Below are positions 55,336 to 64,000 of a stretch of DNA of 64,000 nt, in pieces; position 1 is the first letter of the stretch, and every line of letters begins with the position of its first letter. The DNA comes from an uncultured Rubrivirga sp. GTDB lineage: Bacteria; Actinomycetota; Actinomycetes; S36-B12. The position numbers and the translations under genes are program-made. Below the pieces are notes generated by a model, which ran no database searches, was not told where the DNA came from, and worked only from the letters and a program-made list of their open reading frames with translations. Where the stretch lies: contig CAZJYN010000004.1 of the NCBI GenBank assembly GCA_964550285.1, forward strand, positions 1,950 through 65,949. Direction: 5' to 3'.

Positions 55336-55949
55336 CGATCTCCCAGCAACGGCACGACACGTTCGACTATCTGTGTGGCAATAGCCTCGGGCGGGCCGTT
55401 CGCATCGATAACCAGGTACCGGTCAGGGCTGGCGCTCGCGATGTCCACGAACGCCTGCCGCACCTTGCGGTGGTACTCGATGGGCTCGGACTCCAAGCGG
55501 TCCGGGTCTTGAACCCGGCTCAACCCGACCACGGGATCGACGTCGAGTACGAAGGTGATATCCGGGAGCAGGCCACGGGTCGCCCACAAACTCAAGTCAC
55601 GCACCTCCTGCGCACCGAGATCCCGACCCACGCCCTGGTACGCCACCGAGGAATCGATGTAGCGGTCGCACACCACTACATCGCCGGCTGCCAACGCCGG
55701 CCGGATGACCTGCGTGGCGTGTTCGCCACGTGCGGCGGCGAACAGCAGAGCTTCAGCACGCTCGTCGAGTCCGGCGTATTCATTGCCCAGCAACACTGCA
55801 CGGATGGCCTCACCGGCCGGAGTGCCGCCCGGCTCACGGGTGCGCACCACCCGATGGCCGTGATCGGATAGCCACTGGGCCAGTAGCGCCTCCTGGGTGG
55901 ATTTGCCTGCACCTTCACCACCCTCGAAGGCGATGAACGTCCCGCCCAT
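55332..55949 (-). CDS. tmk: thymidylate kinase
   Basis: FIAFEGGEGAGKSTQ P-loop, DRYIDSSVAYQG. 205 aa. Confidence 0.9.
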   Translation of the reverse strand: MGGTFIAFEGGEGAGKSTQEALLAQWLSDHGHRVVRTREPGGTPAGEAIRAVLLGNEYAGLDERAEALLFAAARGEHATQVIRPALAAGDVVVCDRYIDSSVAYQGVGRDLGAQEVRDLSLWATRGLLPDITFVLDVDPVVGLSRVQDPDRLESEPIEYHRKVRQAFVDIASASPDRYLVIDANGPPEAIATQIVERVVPLLGDR

Positions 55950-55951
55950 GG

Positions 55952-58609
<2,658 letters not shown>

Positions 58610-58721
58610 CTACACATCCTCCTCGTCGACTCCCGCCGGTCGCGGCGGGCAACGGAGTCTGACGGTAGGACACCACCGATTGTCAACCCCGCACCGCCCC
58701 CGAACAGCCGACCGCCCGGGG

Positions 58722-58740
58722 CATTCCCCTAAGGGGAATG
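58722..58740 (-). terminator. candidate hairpin CATTCCCCT-A-AGGGGAATG downstream of hppA
   Basis: Perfect 9-bp arms read directly from the sequence, about 40 nt after the hppA stop (58780). Flanked by CCCGGGG / CCCGGG. No U-tract, so function as an intrinsic terminator is uncertain. Confidence 0.35.
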
Positions 58741-58779
58741 GCACACCCGGGCGATCGTCCGGAAAGCGGAATGTGTGCT

Positions 58780-61086
58780 CTAGGCGTTGGCCTCCGCGTG
58801 GTCGCCGACCGCGATCGGCCGGCGCTTGGAGATGACCACCGCGACGATCACGATCGCAGCGGCGGCGATGGCGATAGCCCAACGCACGGTCGAGTTCGCT
58901 CCGTCGCCGATGCTCAAGGTGACCACGGCCGGCGCGACGAGCAGCGCCACGAGGTTCATCACCTTGATCAGCGGGTTGATGGCCGGGCCGGCGGTGTCCT
59001 TGAAGGGATCGCCGACGGTATCGCCGATGACGGTCGCCGAATGGGCTTCGGAGTTCTTGCCGCCGAAGTGTCCGTCCTCGACGAACTTCTTGGCGTTATC
59101 CCAGGCGCCGCCGGAGTTGGACAAGAACACGGCCATCAGAACACCGGTGGCGATGGTGCCAGCGAGGTAGGCGCCCAGGGCGCCGACCCCGAGCCCGAAG
59201 CCGACGGCGATCGGAGTGAGCACCGCGAGCAGACCGGGGGTGACCAACTCGCGAAGTGAATCGCGGGTGACGATGTCCACGACCTTGCCGTATTCGGGCT
59301 TGGTAGTGCCTTCCATGATGCCGGGGATCTCGCGGAACTGACGACGCACCTCGAAGATGACCGCACCGGCCGCCCGGGAGACGGCGTTGATGGCCAAGCC
59401 GGAGAACAAGAAGACGACAGCGGCACCGATGACCAGCCCGACCAGGTTGGACGGGTTGGCCACGTCCAAGATGCCGTAATACTGGATGTTCTGTCCGACC
59501 TCGCCGATCGTTCCGCCGATAGCGGCAGACGTCTTCTCGGCGGCACCGAACACCGCTTCTCGGAACGCGCCGAACAAGGCGGTGGCCGCGAGCACCGCAG
59601 TGGCGATGGCGATGCCCTTCGTGATGGCCTTGGTGGAGTTTCCGACAGCATCGAGCTTGGTGAGAACCTCGGCGCCCTCACCGTCGACGTCACCGGACAT
59701 CTCGGCGATGCCCTGGGCGTTGTCCGAGACCGGGCCGAAGGTATCCATCGAGACGATGACACCGACGGTGGTCAGCAGACCGGTGCCAGCGAGGGCGATA
59801 GCGAACAAGCTGAGCAGGATCGTGCCCGCGCCCAGCAAGAAGGAGCCGTAGACGGCGGCGCCGATAACCAGCGCGGTGTAAACGGCCGATTCCAGGCCTA
59901 GGGAAACACCGGACAAGATGACCGTGGCCGGTCCAGTTAGCGAGGTCTTGGCTACGTCGTCGACCGGACGCCGATTGGTCTCGGTGAAGTAGGCGGTCAA
60001 CTGCTGGATCACCGCTGCCAGCACGATGCCGATGAACACGGCCAGGATCACGAACCACTGCGGACTCAGGCCATCGCCCACCTCGGTAGCAGCAATACCG
60101 CCTAGGCCCTCGATCTCACTCCAACTACTGGGAACCCACACGAAGACGGCAGCCACGACGAGCACGGCACTGATGGCTGCGGAGATGAAGAATCCTCGGT
60201 TGATGGAGGACATGCCCGATCGGTCGGTCGGTCGCGGCGAGACGGTGAAGATGCCGATGACGGCGGTGATGACGCCGATCGCCGGGATGATCAACGGGAG
60301 CACCAAGCCGAGTTCGCCGAAGGCAGCGCTGCCGAGGATCAAGGCAGCCACGAGGACCACGGCGTAGGACTCGAAGAGATCGGCGGCCATGCCAGCGCAG
60401 TCGCCCACGTTGTCGCCGACGTTGTCCGCGATGGTCGCGGCGTTGCGCGGATCGTCCTCGGGGATGTTCTGCTCGACCTTGCCGACGAGGTCGGCACCTA
60501 CGTCGGCCGCCTTGGTGAAGATGCCACCACCGACGCGCATGAACATGGCGAGCAGCGCCGCACCGAAGCCGAAGCCCTCGAGGACCTTGGGAGCCTCGCC
60601 GGCGTAGACGAGGACGACCAGGGCGGCACCGAACAAACCGAGTCCGACCGTGAACATGCCCGCGACGCCACCGGTTCGGAATGCGATTCGCATCGCGCGC
60701 TGCTCACCGGAGTCCTTGGCGGCGGCGGCGACGCGGACGTTCCCGCGCACTGCGAGCCACATGCCCATATATCCGGTGATGCCGGAGAAGACCGCGCCGA
60801 CGAGGAAGAAGATGCTGCGCCCGATGCGTTCGGAGTTCGTCTCAGCGGGCAGCAGGAACAGCAGGAAGAAAACGACGACCGCGAAGATCGACAGCGTCTT
60901 GAACTGGCGGTTCAGATAGGCCGACGCCCCTTCCTGGACGGCCGCCCCGATCTCCTTCATGCGCTCGGTGCCCTCGCTCGCACTCAAGACCTCGCGCACG
61001 AGGATCCCAGCCACTACCAGCGCGGCAAGGCCGATGACGGCGACGATGGCCACGAGAACGACGTTGTTCCCGGTCAACTCGATCAT
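58780..61086 (-). CDS. hppA: membrane-bound proton/sodium-translocating pyrophosphatase
   Basis: 768 aa, ~16 TM. Motifs GGIFTKAADVGADLVGK, DNVGDNVGDCAGMAADLFESY, GGAWDNAKK, DTVGDPFKDT. Confidence 0.95.
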   Translation of the reverse strand: MIELTGNNVVLVAIVAVIGLAALVVAGILVREVLSASEGTERMKEIGAAVQEGASAYLNRQFKTLSIFAVVVFFLLFLLPAETNSERIGRSIFFLVGAVFSGITGYMGMWLAVRGNVRVAAAAKDSGEQRAMRIAFRTGGVAGMFTVGLGLFGAALVVLVYAGEAPKVLEGFGFGAALLAMFMRVGGGIFTKAADVGADLVGKVEQNIPEDDPRNAATIADNVGDNVGDCAGMAADLFESYAVVLVAALILGSAAFGELGLVLPLIIPAIGVITAVIGIFTVSPRPTDRSGMSSINRGFFISAAISAVLVVAAVFVWVPSSWSEIEGLGGIAATEVGDGLSPQWFVILAVFIGIVLAAVIQQLTAYFTETNRRPVDDVAKTSLTGPATVILSGVSLGLESAVYTALVIGAAVYGSFLLGAGTILLSLFAIALAGTGLLTTVGVIVSMDTFGPVSDNAQGIAEMSGDVDGEGAEVLTKLDAVGNSTKAITKGIAIATAVLAATALFGAFREAVFGAAEKTSAAIGGTIGEVGQNIQYYGILDVANPSNLVGLVIGAAVVFLFSGLAINAVSRAAGAVIFEVRRQFREIPGIMEGTTKPEYGKVVDIVTRDSLRELVTPGLLAVLTPIAVGFGLGVGALGAYLAGTIATGVLMAVFLSNSGGAWDNAKKFVEDGHFGGKNSEAHSATVIGDTVGDPFKDTAGPAINPLIKVMNLVALLVAPAVVTLSIGDGANSTVRWAIAIAAAAIVIVAVVISKRRPIAVGDHAEANA

Positions 61087-61264
61087 GTTTCTCCTTGGTC
61101 TTCGCGGCAGCCGGGGAGAGGTAGCCCGTAGCTACCGCAACCGGATCCGCCTCACGATCCGGCGAAGTCTACGCAGGCGCGGGCCCCGATGCGGTCAGGG
61201 TCGAGGAATCCTGCGCCGATCGGCATCAGTGGGCTTCACCACAGTCCACCTCCTCGACCGAGCG

Positions 61265-61609
61265 TCACTGCGCTAAGGCGGCGTCCAGCGTCTCGTGGAT
61301 CGGGATGACCACATCGAGCCCCGTGAGGGTGAACACCTTCAGGACCCTCGGGGAGGTCACCACCAAATCCAGCGATCCGTCCACCTCCCGCAGCCGCTTC
61401 AGCGAGGTCACCAGCACTCCAAGGCCGGTGGAGTCCAAGAATGTGACGTCCGTTAGATCGACGACCACCCGGACACCGGGTCGGATTCGGTCATCCACCG
61501 CTTCGCGCACGGCCGGCGCGGTGTGCGCATCGACTTCTCCTCCGACGCTGATCACGACGACGTCACCGCGTTCCTCGGTTGCCACGCTGACGTTCGGCGA
61601 TGTGCTCAC
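61265..61609 (-). CDS. STAS-domain anti-sigma-factor antagonist
   Basis: ORF 61265..61894 trimmed to GVSTSPNVSV (GTG at 61609). VVDLTDVTFLDSTGLGVLV carries the phosphorylatable Ser/Thr context of RsbV/SpoIIAA-type proteins. The upstream part of the ORF is Arg/Pro-rich and implausible. Confidence 0.7.
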   Translation of the reverse strand: MSTSPNVSVATEERGDVVVISVGGEVDAHTAPAVREAVDDRIRPGVRVVVDLTDVTFLDSTGLGVLVTSLKRLREVDGSLDLVVTSPRVLKVFTLTGLDVVIPIHETLDAALAQ

Positions 61610-61677
61610 CCCTGCACTGTGGCATATCCGGGCACCACAATTGGGTGGTGTTCGAGGATTCGCCGGCAACCCGCTCC

Positions 61678-63909
61678 GTGGCGGCGTGGTCGAGCGGGCG
61701 GCCGGATTCCCTCGCCCATACCCTGCTGGTCCCCGAGCGATCGGGGACCAGGGAATCGTGGCCCACCTGGGTGCCCGATCCGGCCATCGCCCGGTGGCGG
61801 GCGCGGGGCATCGATACGCCGTGGCTGCACCAGGTGGTTGCCGCCGAAGCAGCTCACAGCGGTCAGCACGTCGCACTGGCCACCGGGACCGCATCGGGCA
61901 AATCGCTGGCCTACGCCATGCCGATCGTCGCTGCGATCAACGAGGCGAGGTCGGTGTTGTCGGAGCCCTGCGCGATATACCTCGCTCCCACCAAGGCCCT
62001 AGCGAGCGATCAGCATCGCTCGTGGCAGGAACAAGCGCTGCCGGGTGTGCGCGCCGCGGTAGTGGACGGCGACACCGACCGCGATGATCGAGCGTGGGCT
62101 CGTCGACATGCGAACGTGATCTTGACGAACCCGGACATGCTGCACTTCTCGATACTTCCCGGACACGAGCGTTGGTCGCGGGTCTTGCGCAATCTTCGCT
62201 ACATCGTCGTCGATGAAGCACACGCCTACCGGGGAGTCTTCGGAGCGCACGTCGCACTGGTCATCCGACGTCTGCGCAGGTTGGCCGAGCAGCACCGAAG
62301 CAGCCCGACCGTGATCGCGGCCTCGGCCACCACCGGTTCGCCTGAGCGGTCGATCGCCAACTTGATCGGCTCACCGGTTCTCGCGGTGACCGAGGATGCC
62401 TCGCCATCTGCTGAGCGCACCATCGTGCTGTGGCGGCACGAGCCAGACAAGACCTTCCCCGAGGCCTCGCCGACCAAGGACGCCGCGTGGCTCACCTCCC
62501 GGGCGGTCGATGCCGGTAGCCAGGTGCTCACCTTCCTTCGCAGCCGTCGAGCTACCGAGTACGTGGCCGAACTCGTGCGCACCGAACGCGACGCCGACGA
62601 AACCACCATCGCGGCCTACCGGGGCGGCTACCTGGCCGAGGAAAGACGCGAACTCGAAGCCGGCTTGCGAGCGGGGACGATCCGCGCACTGGCAACTACC
62701 AATGCCCTGGAGCTCGGGATCGACATCTCAGGCGTGGACGTCTCCATCACGACGGGTTGGCCCGGAACACGCGCTTCCTTGTGGCAGCAGTTCGGCCGCG
62801 CCGGGCGCGCCGACTCTCCAGCAGCGTCCGTCTTCATCGCACGCGAGGATCCGCTCGACTCCTACATCGTCGATCACCCCGAGACGCTCACCGGCGAGCC
62901 CGTCGAGGAAACAGTGTTCGACGTCTCGAACCCGCACGTCCTTCGGCCGCACCTATGCGCGGCGGCATCCGAGAGCCCCATCGTCGATCCTTGCGATTGG
63001 TTCCCCCCGAACGCACCTACACAACTCGCGGACCTAGTCCAAGAAGGCTTCCTGCGCCGCCGGCCCACCGGCTGGTACTGGACCGCGCCGGAAAGGGCAC
63101 AGGACCTGACGGATCTGCGCGGCAGTGGGGACACCGTGCGGATCGTCGAAGAAGACACCGGACGCCTGCTCGGAACCATCGACGCGGCGGCGTCGCACCG
63201 GCACGCGCACCCGGGTGCGGTCTATGTCCATCGAGGCGTAACACACGTAGTACGCGCACTCGACCTCGCGGAATCCGTGGCGATAGTGGTGCGAGAGGAC
63301 GTGGACTACACCACCTTCGCCCGCGACGTCAGCGACATCCGCATCGTCGAGACCGAACGAACTTGGGAGCGCGGCGACATCGTCATGCACGTCGGGTCGG
63401 TGGATGTCTCATCCCAAACCGTGGCATTCGAGCGCCGCGGCCTCGATGGCACGTTGCTCGGCGTGGTCGATCTCGAACTCCCCGAACGGGTGCTGCGCAC
63501 GCGCGGGGTGTGGTGGACCTTCGCGGCGGATTGTCTGCCCGAGCCCACCTACGACGATCTGCCCGGCGCCGTCCACGCCGCCGAGCACGCAGCTATCGGG
63601 CTGCTTCCACTGTTCGCCTCCTGCGACAGGTGGGACATCGGCGGGGTCTCGACGGAATTCCATCCCGACACCGCGGCCACCACCATCTTCATCTACGACG
63701 GAGTCTCCGGCGGGGCGGGCTTTAGCGAGCGCGGAGCCGATGTTGTCCGGGAGTGGATCGGGGCCACGCTGCAGGCGGTGCTTTCTTGCCGGTGCAAGGA
63801 CGGATGCCCGGCATGCATCCAATCGCCCAAGTGCGGCAACGGGAACGAGCCGCTGAGCAAATCCGGAGCCGCTGCCGTGCTGGGCGCGATCACCGCGGCT
63901 TTCGATTGA
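61678..63909 (+). CDS. superfamily-2 DEAH helicase with C-terminal DUF1998 zinc module (SftH / MrfA-YprA-like)
   Basis: Walker A ATGTASGKSLAY, VVDEAHAY, SAT, TNALELGIDI, QQFGRAGR. C-terminal HAAEHA...CRCKDGCPACIQSPKCGNGNEPL. Start uncertain: GTG 61678 is preferred over ATG 61600, which would overlap the divergent STAS gene. Confidence 0.8.
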   Translation: MAAWSSGRPDSLAHTLLVPERSGTRESWPTWVPDPAIARWRARGIDTPWLHQVVAAEAAHSGQHVALATGTASGKSLAYAMPIVAAINEARSVLSEPCAIYLAPTKALASDQHRSWQEQALPGVRAAVVDGDTDRDDRAWARRHANVILTNPDMLHFSILPGHERWSRVLRNLRYIVVDEAHAYRGVFGAHVALVIRRLRRLAEQHRSSPTVIAASATTGSPERSIANLIGSPVLAVTEDASPSAERTIVLWRHEPDKTFPEASPTKDAAWLTSRAVDAGSQVLTFLRSRRATEYVAELVRTERDADETTIAAYRGGYLAEERRELEAGLRAGTIRALATTNALELGIDISGVDVSITTGWPGTRASLWQQFGRAGRADSPAASVFIAREDPLDSYIVDHPETLTGEPVEETVFDVSNPHVLRPHLCAAASESPIVDPCDWFPPNAPTQLADLVQEGFLRRRPTGWYWTAPERAQDLTDLRGSGDTVRIVEEDTGRLLGTIDAAASHRHAHPGAVYVHRGVTHVVRALDLAESVAIVVREDVDYTTFARDVSDIRIVETERTWERGDIVMHVGSVDVSSQTVAFERRGLDGTLLGVVDLELPERVLRTRGVWWTFAADCLPEPTYDDLPGAVHAAEHAAIGLLPLFASCDRWDIGGVSTEFHPDTAATTIFIYDGVSGGAGFSERGADVVREWIGATLQAVLSCRCKDGCPACIQSPKCGNGNEPLSKSGAAAVLGAITAAFD

Positions 63910-63910
63910 C

Positions 63911-63943
63911 CCAGCACCTGGACCAGCACCTGGACCAGCACCG
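63911..63943. repeat. 12-bp tandem repeat CCAGCACCTGGA x2.7 immediately after the helicase stop
   Basis: Read directly: ccagcacctgga ccagcacctgga ccagcaccg. Confidence 0.7.
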
Positions 63944-63966
63944 AAGACAGCAACTCGATCAGTAAC

Positions 63967-63986
63967 CGGCGCGCGCTTGCGCGCCG
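63967..63986 (+). terminator. candidate GC hairpin CGGCGCGC-GCTT-GCGCGCCG downstream of the helicase gene
   Basis: Perfect 8-bp stem with a 4-nt loop read directly from the sequence, 58 nt after the stop. No U-tract. Confidence 0.35.
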
Positions 63987-64000
63987 ATCACGCCCGAACC

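Noticed and set aside
61610-61894. Upstream 95 codons of the STAS ORF, and ATG 61600 as the helicase start
   Set aside because: The upstream STAS part is Arg/Pro/Ala-rich and would overlap the helicase coding region. Using both long forms would create a divergent coding overlap. The GTG starts at 61609 and 61678 resolve it.
62757-63725. 322-aa ORF in an alternative plus-strand frame inside the helicase gene
   Set aside because: The sequence is almost entirely Arg/Pro/Ala/Gly. The helicase frame carries all SF2 motifs, so this is a high-GC frame artefact.
63911-63943. Possible CRISPR-like or minisatellite array
   Set aside because: There are only 2.7 copies of a 12-bp unit with no spacers. 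This is far too short and simple for a CRISPR array.

Overview
High-GC actinobacterial chromosomal segment (taxon not determinable by eye), densely coding on both strands. I count about 58 protein genes and one tRNA-Thr(CGU). I saw no rRNA, CRISPR array, transposase, integrase or phage genes. Many gene junctions are ATGA, GTGA or TGATG stop/start overlaps, so operon structure is readable directly from the sequence.

Layout:
- 1-14.2 kb: catechol meta-cleavage cluster. It holds two tandem catechol 2,3-dioxygenases and the complete dehydrogenative lower pathway, with an embedded IclR regulator. It also carries unusual riders: a split PEP-synthase-type phosphotransferase, a histidine phosphatase, a Rieske protein, an atypical HAD protein and a Ser/Thr-type proline-racemase homologue.
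- 14-24.8 kb: secreted 7-blade Vgb-like propeller protein, two EamA transporters, a PCuAC copper chaperone coupled to a Tat-exported DyP peroxidase, a 5'-nucleotidase and a DUF368 protein.
- 24.8-28.3 kb: ABC system whose ATPase is fused through one TM helix to an extracellular serine hydrolase.
- 28.5-34.6 kb: LysR-controlled five-enzyme cluster with unknown substrate.
- 34.7-40.8 kb: aquaporin, thioesterase, a large repeat-built surface protein, a processive GT2 synthase with a coupled small membrane partner, and tRNA-Thr.
- 40.9-45.1 kb: two paralogous polytopic histidine kinases converging on one LuxR-type response regulator.
- 45.3-48.9 kb: AIM24-family protein, a degenerate ABC ATPase and a YhgE/Pip membrane protein.
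- 48.9-51.7 kb: csoR-copZ-copA copper operon with its operator.
- 51.7-64 kb: housekeeping genes (TAP-type peptidase, holB, tmk, topA, hppA, STAS protein, SftH/MrfA-like helicase).

All homology calls come from motif recognition by eye and memory. No database search or computation was run. The most unusual items are the kinase/phosphatase pair wired into the extradiol operon, the hydrolase-ABC fusion, the orphan LysR cluster, the Ser/Thr proline-racemase homologue, the GT2 plus small-partner pair and the dead-NBD/Pip pair.
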